From the NCBI GenBank assembly GCA_937911935.1, contig CALDQH010000070.1:1-51347 (forward strand): DNA of 51,347 bases, in the 5' to 3' direction. The first letter of the stretch is position 1, and each line of letters opens with the position of its first letter. Source of the stretch: an uncultured Bacteroidales bacterium. Lineage in GTDB: Bacteria; Bacteroidota; Bacteroidia; Bacteroidales; Paludibacteraceae. Below are positions 17,516 to 25,703 of this stretch, in pieces. The notes beneath the pieces are model-generated. The model was not told where the DNA came from. It saw nothing but the letters and a program-made list of their open reading frames with translations, and did not search any database. The position numbers and the translations under genes are program-made.

Positions 17516-18232
17516 CTAAAAGTTTTCTGCTTGCTTTAAGGAGTCTAATTTTCCTACATCCAATAGTTTTAAATCAGGCTGCTCGTATCCATAAATGGGA
17601 TAATTTAAACATTGATCCAAGTAAAAATCAATGATAGAAAATTTATCGGGATAGTTTTGCATTGCATCGAAAAGCACAGGAGAAAATCCGTGAATACCGC
17701 TAAATGCGTATGGCTTTAACGTTGAAATGTCAAGATTTTTATACGGAGTTTTTACTTGTCCTGTTTGCGTGTTTGTCCATGCTTTAAGGCGCATTTGTTC
17801 GTCAAAAAGCAAATAGCGGCTACTTTTACGCTGGCTTACCAATAAGGTTGCAGCGGCTTTTTGTTGATGATGGAGTTGCATCAGTGCCATTACATCGGCG
17901 TTAGATAGGATGTCCACATTATGAATCAAAAATGATTCATTGCCCAACAAAGGTTGGGCTTTTTTTATGGCACCTCCCGTCTCTAATAAAGCGTCTGTTT
18001 CGTCCGATATAGCAACTTCGGTTTCTGACCACTGATTTTGTAGGTATTGTACAATCTGATTGGCAAAATGATGTACGTTGACTACAAAAGAATGGATTCC
18101 ACAACCTTGTAACTTTTCCATAACATGTCCCAAGAGCGGTTTGCCATTTACGGGCACAAGAGCTTTAGGCATGGTATCGGTGAGTGGTTTTAAACGGGAG
18201 CCTAATCCGGCTGCGAAAACAAAGGCTTTCAT
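17516..18232 (-). CDS. Sugar-1-phosphate nucleotidyltransferase, MurU-like (N-acetylmuramate-1-P uridylyltransferase candidate)
   Basis: N-terminus MKAFVFAAGLGSRLKPLTDTMPKALVPV is the G-x-G-x-R nucleotidyltransferase motif. The ATG at 18232 forms an ATGA overlap with the upstream kinase stop. The track's TTG at 18244 was rejected. Confidence 0.75.
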   Translation of the reverse strand: MKAFVFAAGLGSRLKPLTDTMPKALVPVNGKPLLGHVMEKLQGCGIHSFVVNVHHFANQIVQYLQNQWSETEVAISDETDALLETGGAIKKAQPLLGNESFLIHNVDILSNADVMALMQLHHQQKAAATLLVSQRKSSRYLLFDEQMRLKAWTNTQTGQVKTPYKNLDISTLKPYAFSGIHGFSPVLFDAMQNYPDKFSIIDFYLDQCLNYPIYGYEQPDLKLLDVGKLDSLKQAENF

Positions 18233-19659
18233 GGTTCTGTGCAATTAAACAATTGGGTAATGTGTTGCTCTCTGTGGTGTAAGCGTACTTGTACGTTAAA
18301 TTTGTGGGCAAGATGTTCGGCAAGGTGTTGCGCTCCATAAACCGAGCGATGTTGTCCCCCTGTGCATCCAAAACAGAATTGAAGATGGGTAAATCCACGT
18401 TTTATGTAACGTTCAACGGCTGGATCGGCAAGTGCATATACATGCTCCATAAAGGTCAAAATTTCGCCGTCTTCTTCTAAAAAATCAATTACAGTTTGGT
18501 CTAAGCCTGTCAACTTTTTATAGGGCTCGTATCTGCCTGGATTGTGAATGGCACGGCAATCAAATACAAAGCCGCCTCCATTGCCCGAATAATCAGTGGG
18601 TATGCCTTTTTTATACGAGAAACTATATACATCAACGCACAATTTTTGTGGGTCTATGCAGGGTTGAATAACAGAAGTATCGTATTTTTTTACTAATTGG
18701 AGTAGTACTTCAGTTAGATAGGGGTATGCCTCGTAATCGTTCGATTTTAATAGATGCTGTAATTGTTGGATGGCAAAAGGTATGCTCGCAATAAAGTGCG
18801 CTTTCTGTTCGATAAGCCCTCTAAAGCCGTATGCTCCCAAGACTTGCAGGGTTCTAAAAAGGGCAAAAAGAGCGATGTTTTTGCCAAAGGTGGTATCGTC
18901 CACTTGGTAGTAGGGTGCTAAAGCTTTTTTGTACGTCTCAATAAGCGAGTTGCGCAAAGAGTCGGGCATGTTGGCTTTTGCTTGATATATAAAAGAGACC
19001 AAGTCGTAGTAGAAGGGACCTTTTCTGCCGCCTTGGTAGTCGATAAAATATGGTTGACCTTTTACAATCATGACATTTCTACTTTGAAAATCGCGATACA
19101 TAAAAGTAGGAGAATCGACAGAAAGTAGGTCCGTGCACAACTTATCAAAATCGTCTTCTAAAAGTGCTTCGTTAAATTCAATACCCGATGGCTTTAAAAA
19201 CTCGTACTTAAAGTAGTTTAGGTCCCAATAAACAGTACGTTTGTCAAAAGCAGCTTGGGGATAGCAATTTTGAAAATCCAAATCTTGGGCAACTTCAAAC
19301 TGAATGCGAGGCAACTCGGCAATGGTTTTATGCAATAAGGCGATGGTCGATTCGCTGTATCCCTTGGCAATGTGCTCAAAAAATAAGGATTCGTCGCCTA
19401 AATCGCTTTGCAAGTAACATTGTTCGTTGGCTGATACGGCAAGGATTTGCGGGACAGCAATGCCACATGCCGTCATTTTTGCGGTTAGGGTTAAGAAAGC
19501 GTGGTTCTCTTTTAAATCAGAGCCATATACACCGATATAAGACTTATCCCCTTGCCACAAACGATAGTACACTCTATTAGAGCCAGAGCCCGCCAATACC
19601 CTGTATTGGGTAGGTCGGGCTCCGCTATATTGTTCAAAAAGTTGAAATAAAACTTCCAT
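18229..19659 (-). CDS. Fusion protein: AmgK-like (APH-fold) sugar kinase domain plus RapZ C-terminal-like domain
   Basis: Residues 1 to ~335 carry FMYRDFQSRNVMI and FIDYQGG kinase motifs. Residues ~340-476 carry GGFVFDCRAIHNPG...LTGLD...FGCTGGQHRSVYGAQHLAEHL, which aligns by eye to the E. coli RapZ C-terminal domain (YVFDVRFLPNPH...IGCTGGKHRSV). Confidence 0.75.
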   Translation of the reverse strand: MEVLFQLFEQYSGARPTQYRVLAGSGSNRVYYRLWQGDKSYIGVYGSDLKENHAFLTLTAKMTACGIAVPQILAVSANEQCYLQSDLGDESLFFEHIAKGYSESTIALLHKTIAELPRIQFEVAQDLDFQNCYPQAAFDKRTVYWDLNYFKYEFLKPSGIEFNEALLEDDFDKLCTDLLSVDSPTFMYRDFQSRNVMIVKGQPYFIDYQGGRKGPFYYDLVSFIYQAKANMPDSLRNSLIETYKKALAPYYQVDDTTFGKNIALFALFRTLQVLGAYGFRGLIEQKAHFIASIPFAIQQLQHLLKSNDYEAYPYLTEVLLQLVKKYDTSVIQPCIDPQKLCVDVYSFSYKKGIPTDYSGNGGGFVFDCRAIHNPGRYEPYKKLTGLDQTVIDFLEEDGEILTFMEHVYALADPAVERYIKRGFTHLQFCFGCTGGQHRSVYGAQHLAEHLAHKFNVQVRLHHREQHITQLFNCTEP

Positions 19660-19669
19660 GTAGTATTAC

Positions 19670-20488
19670 TTATTTCTTTTTGTTTGAAGAAGTCTTTGTT
19701 TTGGGTTTTTCTTTTTCAAGATTGTCAATAGTTGTGTTTTTCTTGTTCAAATCAGAACTAACATTGGCTATTTTCTCGTTAATTTTACTTAGTTCTTCGT
19801 TTAAAACACTACGTTCGGCATTTAACTTTTCTGCTTTCTTTTGATCTTTTTCGATAGCCTTGGTATCAACGTTTAAATCGTTAGTGCCTACAATCGTCTT
19901 GCTTGCTTCAAATTTTAGTTGAGCATCGGAGTTTTTCTTGATTTTTTTCTCAATTTTATCGCGTTGCTTTTGCAACTTAGCAAGTTCTTTGTCAATGCCT
20001 TTTAACTCTTCTTGGTGCGCTTGCATGGCTACATTGTAACGGTAGTGTTGCACATCTAAGTCTAAATCGGTAAGCCATTTGTACATTTTGTTGGTTGTAA
20101 CGGTATCTTCTGTAGGGATGATAAAATTATCGTATCCTTGAGATAACAAAACGTTGATGGTACCCGCGTTTTTAGAACCGACAAATTGCACGTACATATC
20201 AAACATCTTATTCCAAATGAAGTTGTACTTTATCCCTTTAAAAGCGTAGAAATTCTTCTTTTTATTTCCTTCTACACCTTCGGTTTCCATGCGCTGGATA
20301 ACAGCGGTTTCTATGTCTTCGACAGGGTAGTTAAACGTGATGGTATAACCCATAATGAGGTTTTTGTCGTAATTTAAAACACTCTTGATTTCGGGTTTTG
20401 CACCACTATCAGAAGTATAAGAACTTTCTTGTGCAATGATGCCTCCTGTTATGAACAAAGCAGCGCAAATAGCTATTATCTTTTTCAT
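19670..20488 (-). CDS. Secreted protein with an N-terminal globular domain and a long C-terminal coiled coil, function unknown
   Basis: Signal peptide MKKIIAICAALFITGGIIAQ. The last ~120 aa are K/E/L/N-rich heptad-like sequence (ELKGIDKELAKLQKQRDKIEKKIKK...) ending in a Lys-rich tail. The start was trimmed to the ATG at 20488. Only 10 nt separate its stop from the kinase-fusion ATG. Confidence 0.65.
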   Translation of the reverse strand: MKKIIAICAALFITGGIIAQESSYTSDSGAKPEIKSVLNYDKNLIMGYTITFNYPVEDIETAVIQRMETEGVEGNKKKNFYAFKGIKYNFIWNKMFDMYVQFVGSKNAGTINVLLSQGYDNFIIPTEDTVTTNKMYKWLTDLDLDVQHYRYNVAMQAHQEELKGIDKELAKLQKQRDKIEKKIKKNSDAQLKFEASKTIVGTNDLNVDTKAIEKDQKKAEKLNAERSVLNEELSKINEKIANVSSDLNKKNTTIDNLEKEKPKTKTSSNKKK

Positions 20489-20512
20489 CGTATTAAGTTT
20501 TGTTTCACCTTG

Positions 20513-20520
20513 CAAAAATA
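20513..20520 (-). promoter_or_regulatory. Candidate -7 box (TATTTTTG) upstream of the coiled-coil protein gene
   Basis: The minus strand reads TATTTTTG, 24 nt upstream of the ATG at 20488, within the 75-nt gap after the TonB-dependent receptor gene. Confidence 0.4.
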
Positions 20521-20563
20521 ACAAAAACAAAGGAAAGTTATGCTTTTGTGATCTAAAAATCGG

Positions 20564-22990
20564 TTAAAAATCGGTCATCATTTCCCCCTCGTACATGGCT
20601 TCTCCGCCCATGTCGTTGTTTTGTTGCACTTTGTTTCTTTTGGGGCGCATGTTACCAAAGTTGTACGAGATTGATATTCGGTAACTTCTTCCGACAGAAG
20701 TGTTGGCACTTTCTTGGTAGAAGTTATCGCTGTAATTGGTTCGTAAACTATTGGAGCGCGAGTTGAGAATGTCGTTTACCGTAAAGTTTACGCTTAACGC
20801 TTTGTTTAGGAACGATGCTTTAATGCCAGCATTTAATCCATATCGATGGTCAACAGTACCTTGAGCTACCAATCGGGGTGCATTGTAGTAGGCAGTTACT
20901 TGAGCTGATAAGTTGCTAAGTATTTTTACATTGGCATTAACTCTGGCATTCCAAGAGAAAGTTTCGGTTTTGGCAATTTTGTATTCCTCGTTTTCGCCTA
21001 AACTATAGTAGTATCCAGTAACACTTGTAGTTAGGTCCAAATAGTTTTTAAATAATCTGTTTTTAGCAATCAGTTCGATACCAGCATTGTGTGAATAGTT
21101 AATATTCTCGAAAGAATTCTCCATCACTCCTTCGTTATTTAGTTTGCTTACACGTTGAATAACGTTTTCTGTGTACGAATAATACAGACCTGCCGATAAG
21201 GTATGCTCATCCCATGTCTTTAAGTAATTTACCTCTACATTATTGCTAAATTCGGGCATCAACCAGGGGTTACCGTAGCTAATGTTGGTGGGATCCGAAC
21301 GGTCGATGTAGTTATCAATGAGCCTTCCTCTTGGACGGTTAATGCGTCTGGTATAATTTAACTGAATTTCATTCTGTTTAGGCAATTCGAACGATAGGTA
21401 TGCAGATGGGAATACTTGGAAATATGAACGGTTTATGTCATTTGCTTGCGTAATGGTTTCTTCGCCACGTACACCTAATTGAAAACCAAACCAATCAAAT
21501 TTATTGCCGTAGCTGGCGTACAAGGCATAAATTTGTTCAGTGTATAAAAAGGGGCGATAGCGGTCTGCGATTTCTGTATGATTGGCATCGAAACTTCTGT
21601 CCTGGCTGTTGGTATAGTCAAAATTAGCCTTAGCACCTACCTCCAATTTAGAATTTGGGGTAAACTTGTTAAAATAATCTACTTGTGCAGATGCACTGTG
21701 TCCTATTTCGTTTTGTGTCTGATATTCGGATATTTGACTAATAATACCTTCGTTGTTGTATAGATTATGGTAGTCGCTATTATTGTCGCGGTATCTACCA
21801 AAGTAGTTTAAATTGGCTGTTATTTCCTCTTTGTCAGCTACAAATTTGTGTTTGTAATCGATGGTGGCATTGTAAAACGCCATATCACCCAGGCTGTTGG
21901 TAGTACGGTTGCGTGTGTTTGTGGTGTCTTTATTCTGATCAAGGCTTGTATAATGCAATAAACTACTTCTGTCAAAATGGTTGTATGCTCCAAAAGCACT
22001 CATGCCAATTTCGTTTTGTTTGTCAATGCGGTATGTAAATCCTGTACGTAAAAAGCCATTGTAAAAGCGGTTGATGTTATTGCTTGTTTGGTTCAAGTAG
22101 GTGGTGTCTTTGCCTGCATCGAACGAAGTACGATTATTGTAACTACTATTGGTGCGCAAATTGTGCCTACCCGATGCATTTAAAAAGAAGTCCCATTTTC
22201 CTTGGTTGTAATTGAAGTTTAGACCTAAATTGCCACCAGGATAGTCATTGCCTTCTTGGTAATTGGTGCCAGCCGAAACACTGCCAAAATAGCCCCCTTT
22301 ATGAGATTCTTTCATGACAATGTTAATGATACCGACACTACCTTCTGGATTGTATTTGGCAGAGGGATTGGTGATGAGTTCTACCTTTTCGATGGTTTCG
22401 GCAGGTAGCATTTCAAGCACCTGTCCTTTATCGGTATCCGATAAACCAGAAGGTTTCCCGTTAATCCAAATTTCGACAGATGAGTTGTTGCGAAGTGAAA
22501 CGTTTCCTTCTGTATCGACTTCGACAGATGGTATGTTTTCTAAAATATCGGTTGCCGATGCGCCTTCTGCTAAGATGTTGTCGGAAACATTAAATACTTT
22601 CTTGTCAATGTCCAATTGCATGGCGGATTTTTGCCCAACAACCTCTATCTCCTTGATAAGTTGCGTGTCTTCTTCTAAAATAATTTTCCCCAATCGAACG
22701 TGTGGATGTTCTTCGGATAGGGTAATGGGTTTATTAACTGTTTTGTAGCCTACAAACGTAATGGTAAGTGTATATTTACCAGCTGGAGCGTATAACTCAA
22801 ATTTTCCGTCCATGTCAGATAGCGCACCAGTAACTAATTGATTGTTACTTTGTTGGTGTAGGGCTGTGTTGACGTACGCAAAGGGTTCGTTGCTGTTTTT
22901 GTCAATCAATGTGCCGCTTATTTTTAAATTATCGGCATACATGCAGGCTGCCCAAAGGCAAAAGATAAGGGTTAGGATATTCTTTTTCAT
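20564..22990 (-). CDS. TonB-dependent outer-membrane receptor / beta-barrel family protein with an N-terminal carboxypeptidase-regulatory-like domain
   Basis: 808 aa. It has a signal peptide and a CarboxypepD_reg-like start (LKISGTLIDKNSNEPFAYVNTAL...YTLTITFVGYK). A plug-like segment (DILENIPSVEVD..GNVSLRN) and long beta-strand-rich Y/N/S/G sequence follow, ending in a C-terminal aromatic residue (F). No adjacent SusD-like gene. Confidence 0.8.
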   Translation of the reverse strand: MKKNILTLIFCLWAACMYADNLKISGTLIDKNSNEPFAYVNTALHQQSNNQLVTGALSDMDGKFELYAPAGKYTLTITFVGYKTVNKPITLSEEHPHVRLGKIILEEDTQLIKEIEVVGQKSAMQLDIDKKVFNVSDNILAEGASATDILENIPSVEVDTEGNVSLRNNSSVEIWINGKPSGLSDTDKGQVLEMLPAETIEKVELITNPSAKYNPEGSVGIINIVMKESHKGGYFGSVSAGTNYQEGNDYPGGNLGLNFNYNQGKWDFFLNASGRHNLRTNSSYNNRTSFDAGKDTTYLNQTSNNINRFYNGFLRTGFTYRIDKQNEIGMSAFGAYNHFDRSSLLHYTSLDQNKDTTNTRNRTTNSLGDMAFYNATIDYKHKFVADKEEITANLNYFGRYRDNNSDYHNLYNNEGIISQISEYQTQNEIGHSASAQVDYFNKFTPNSKLEVGAKANFDYTNSQDRSFDANHTEIADRYRPFLYTEQIYALYASYGNKFDWFGFQLGVRGEETITQANDINRSYFQVFPSAYLSFELPKQNEIQLNYTRRINRPRGRLIDNYIDRSDPTNISYGNPWLMPEFSNNVEVNYLKTWDEHTLSAGLYYSYTENVIQRVSKLNNEGVMENSFENINYSHNAGIELIAKNRLFKNYLDLTTSVTGYYYSLGENEEYKIAKTETFSWNARVNANVKILSNLSAQVTAYYNAPRLVAQGTVDHRYGLNAGIKASFLNKALSVNFTVNDILNSRSNSLRTNYSDNFYQESANTSVGRSYRISISYNFGNMRPKRNKVQQNNDMGGEAMYEGEMMTDF

Positions 22991-23030
22991 ATTTCGCAGA
23001 CGATGCGGAATTTAAATGGTTTAATGCGGT

Positions 23031-23075
23031 GAAAAAAATATGGGGCTGATGAATAAAATTGAATCAGTCCCATAT
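23031..23075 (-). terminator. Intrinsic terminator after aroQ
   Basis: 13-bp stem (one mismatch) at 23038-23050 / 23063-23075 with a 12-nt loop. On the minus strand it is followed by T6-7 (plus-strand A-run 23032-23037). It starts 4 nt after the aroQ stop. Confidence 0.7.
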
Positions 23076-23078
23076 ATG

Positions 23079-23492
23079 TTATAAAAAACTTTGTAGTGCT
23101 AATTGGTATGATTGCAACCCGAAGCCTGAGATGCACCCTTTACAAACGGGTGTTAAAAAAGATTCGTGTCTGTAACTCTCTCGGGCAAATACATTGGATA
23201 AATGTACTTCGACCACGGGAGTTGTTATGGCTTTGATGGCATCACCAATGGCAATAGAGGTGTGTGTGTAAGCACCGGCATTAAAAATAATGCCAGTGTA
23301 TGAGAATCCTACTTCGTGTAATTTATTAATCAGTTCGCCTTCTACGTTCGACTGGAAATAATCAATTTGTATAGAACTAAACTGCTCGCGCAATGTTTTT
23401 AGGTACGAATCAAATCCTTCCTTGCCGTAAATTTCGGGCTCACGAGTACCTAACAAGTTGAGGTTAGGACCGTTTAAGATTAAAATTTTCAT
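23079..23492 (-). CDS. aroQ: Type II 3-dehydroquinate dehydratase
   Basis: MKILILNGPNLNLLGTREPEIYG signature. The start was trimmed to the ATG at 23492. Confidence 0.92.
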   Translation of the reverse strand: MKILILNGPNLNLLGTREPEIYGKEGFDSYLKTLREQFSSIQIDYFQSNVEGELINKLHEVGFSYTGIIFNAGAYTHTSIAIGDAIKAITTPVVEVHLSNVFARESYRHESFLTPVCKGCISGFGLQSYQLALQSFL

Positions 23493-23494
23493 TA

Positions 23495-24511
23495 TTAAAC
23501 AAAAGTAATCCAACCGTGTGTATCGGGTTCGTCTCCGTATTGGATAGCACGAAGTTTGTTGTACAATTTGGTGCTAATAGGACCAGGCTTGCCATCTTTA
23601 GAGAATACGTACGATTTGTTGTTATCTAAGTCATCCAAACGTTCGATAGGACTGATCACAGCAGCAGTGCCACAAGCACCGGCTTCTTCGAATGTGCTCA
23701 ATTCTTCTTCGGCAATAGGACGACGTTCTACTTTCAAACCCAAATCTTCTGCTAATACCATCAAACTTTTGTTGGTGATAGAAGGCAAGATAGAGGTAGA
23801 TTGTGGTGTGATGTATGTATTGTCTTTAATGGCAAAGAAGTTTGCGGCACCGCATTCGTCAATGTATTTCTTTTCTTTGGCATCCAAATAAAATTCAGAT
23901 GAATAACCTTTGGCGTGTGCTTCTTGGTGAGCTGCCAAACTAGCAGCATAGTTGCCACCTACTTTATAAATACCAGTTCCCAAAGGAGCTGAACGGTCGT
24001 ATTTACGGGTAATAACATAAGGATTGGTAGAAAAACCACCTTTAAAGTAAGGACCTACTGGCGATACAAATACAATGAATAAGTAATCTTTGGCAGGACT
24101 AACACCAATTTGAGGCGTGTAGCCAAAAAGTACAGGGCGGATGTAAAGTGCTGCACCGCTTTCGTAGGGAGGAACAAACTCCATGTTGGCTTTTACTGCC
24201 ATCATAACAGCTTTTTCAAAAACTCCTTCTGGCAATGCTGGCATACAAATACCATTGCATGATGAAGCCAAGCGTTTGGCATTTTCGTCAATGCGGAAGA
24301 TGCGTACTTTGCCATCTTTTCCTTTAAATGCTTTTAAACCTTCAAAAGCTTCTTGACCATAGTGCAAGCATGTTGCCGCCATGTGTATGTTGATGGTTTC
24401 GTCAGTGTGTAGTTCTAACTCGCCCCATTTTCCATTGTGGTATTCGCAACGAACATTGGCATTTGTTTTTAGGTAGCCAAAACCCAATTCAGACCAATTG
24501 ATATTTTCCAT
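23495..24511 (-). CDS. ilvE: Branched-chain amino acid aminotransferase (class IV)
   Basis: YGQEAFEGLKAFKGKDGKVRIFR and ECGAANFF motifs. The start was trimmed to MENINWSELGFGY (ATG at 24511). Confidence 0.88.
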   Translation of the reverse strand: MENINWSELGFGYLKTNANVRCEYHNGKWGELELHTDETINIHMAATCLHYGQEAFEGLKAFKGKDGKVRIFRIDENAKRLASSCNGICMPALPEGVFEKAVMMAVKANMEFVPPYESGAALYIRPVLFGYTPQIGVSPAKDYLFIVFVSPVGPYFKGGFSTNPYVITRKYDRSAPLGTGIYKVGGNYAASLAAHQEAHAKGYSSEFYLDAKEKKYIDECGAANFFAIKDNTYITPQSTSILPSITNKSLMVLAEDLGLKVERRPIAEEELSTFEEAGACGTAAVISPIERLDDLDNNKSYVFSKDGKPGPISTKLYNKLRAIQYGDEPDTHGWITFV

Positions 24512-24538
24512 ATGATTGTGTATTATTATTTTCCGTCG

Positions 24539-24546
24539 CAAAATTA
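24539..24546 (-). promoter_or_regulatory. Candidate -7 box (TAATTTTG) for ilvE-aroQ
   Basis: The minus strand reads TAATTTTG, 27 nt upstream of the ilvE ATG. Confidence 0.4.
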
Positions 24547-24590
24547 ACCCAAAAAAAGTAAAAAATGACACAAAAATGCATTAAAATTAT

Positions 24591-24598
24591 TAAGTTTG
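24591..24598 (+). promoter_or_regulatory. Candidate -7 box (TAAGTTTG) for lpxK
   Basis: Matches TAnnTTTG, 31 nt upstream of the lpxK ATG at 24630. Confidence 0.4.
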
Positions 24599-24629
24599 TA
24601 AATTGAGAGTGATAATAAACCTGCAGACG

Positions 24630-25703
24630 ATGAAAAATTATTGGTATTTCTGGCCTTTGGCGTGGTTGTACGGTTTGGGAGTTTATTTGCGCAACCGTTT
24701 TTTTGATTGGGGATGGCTCAAAACGCATACCTTTAAAAAGGCAGTTATTTCGGTAGGAAATATTACGGTCGGTGGTACAGGAAAGACACCTCATGTTGCC
24801 TATTTGATTGAATTGCTGCAACAACAGTTTGGTGTGGCAGTTGTGAGTAGAGGATATAAACGAAAATCGAAGGGATTGCAAGAAGCATCTGTATCCAGCA
24901 ATAGTGAACAAATAGGCGATGAACCCTATCAATTATATCGAAAATACCCCAAAACCAAGGTGGTCGCCGAAGCAAATCGTTGCAAGGCTATTCGCTATAT
25001 AGAGACTCATCATCCTTCGGTAGATGTGGTGGTGTTGGATGATGCTTTTCAGCATCGATATGTACAGCCAGGTCTATCTATCTTGTTGATAGATTACAAT
25101 CGACTTATTACCCACGATAAACTATTGCCAGTAGGCTCATTGCGAGAACCTGCGTCGGCTCGCTATCGTGCGTCTGTTGTTATTGTGACCAAATGTCCTC
25201 CTCAAATAAAACCGATTGAGTTGCGCAACTTATACAATGACATTCAGCCACGTCCATACCAACGTATCTATTTTTCTTATTATCAATATGCGCCGTTAAA
25301 GTCGTTGATGACTAACCTAGAAAAGCCATTGACAAGGCAATTAGCGACATTAGTGGTTACGGGTATTGCCAGTCCACAGCCTATTTTAGATTACCTGACT
25401 CCTTTGGTAGGGTCGGTTTCAACTATTTCTTTTGCAGATCATCACCATTTTACCCGAAAAGATTGGGAGAAAATACAAAAGGACTTTCAACGCATCCATA
25501 ATCCCAACAAGTGTATCGTAGTAACCGAAAAAGATGCTGCTCGATTGGTGGATAATAAACACATTCCTTCCGATTTGTTGCCATTTATATACGTGCTTCC
25601 CATTCGAGTTTGTTTTTTACAAGATAAAGAAAAAGAATTTAACCAATTGATAATTAGTTATGTTGACAAAAATAAACGAAACAGCGACTTTTTTGGCGGG
25701 TAA
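24630..25703 (+). CDS. lpxK: Tetraacyldisaccharide 4'-kinase
   Basis: P-loop VISVGNITVGGTGKTPHVAYL. The start was trimmed to MKNYWYFWPLAWLYG (ATG at 24630). Confidence 0.88.
   Translation: MKNYWYFWPLAWLYGLGVYLRNRFFDWGWLKTHTFKKAVISVGNITVGGTGKTPHVAYLIELLQQQFGVAVVSRGYKRKSKGLQEASVSSNSEQIGDEPYQLYRKYPKTKVVAEANRCKAIRYIETHHPSVDVVVLDDAFQHRYVQPGLSILLIDYNRLITHDKLLPVGSLREPASARYRASVVIVTKCPPQIKPIELRNLYNDIQPRPYQRIYFSYYQYAPLKSLMTNLEKPLTRQLATLVVTGIASPQPILDYLTPLVGSVSTISFADHHHFTRKDWEKIQKDFQRIHNPNKCIVVTEKDAARLVDNKHIPSDLLPFIYVLPIRVCFLQDKEKEFNQLIISYVDKNKRNSDFFGG

Noticed and set aside
20554-20575. Tandem 11-bp duplication TAAAAATCGGT x2 spanning the TonB-receptor stop codon
   Set aside because: There are only two copies. 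It looks like a small slippage duplication of the ...TDF-stop gene end, with no array or further structure.
22991-23078. Possible riboswitch (for example cobalamin or TPP) upstream of the TonB-dependent receptor
   Set aside because: Only ~88 nt lie between aroQ and the receptor, and half of that is a simple terminator hairpin. This is far too short and lacks conserved riboswitch cores.
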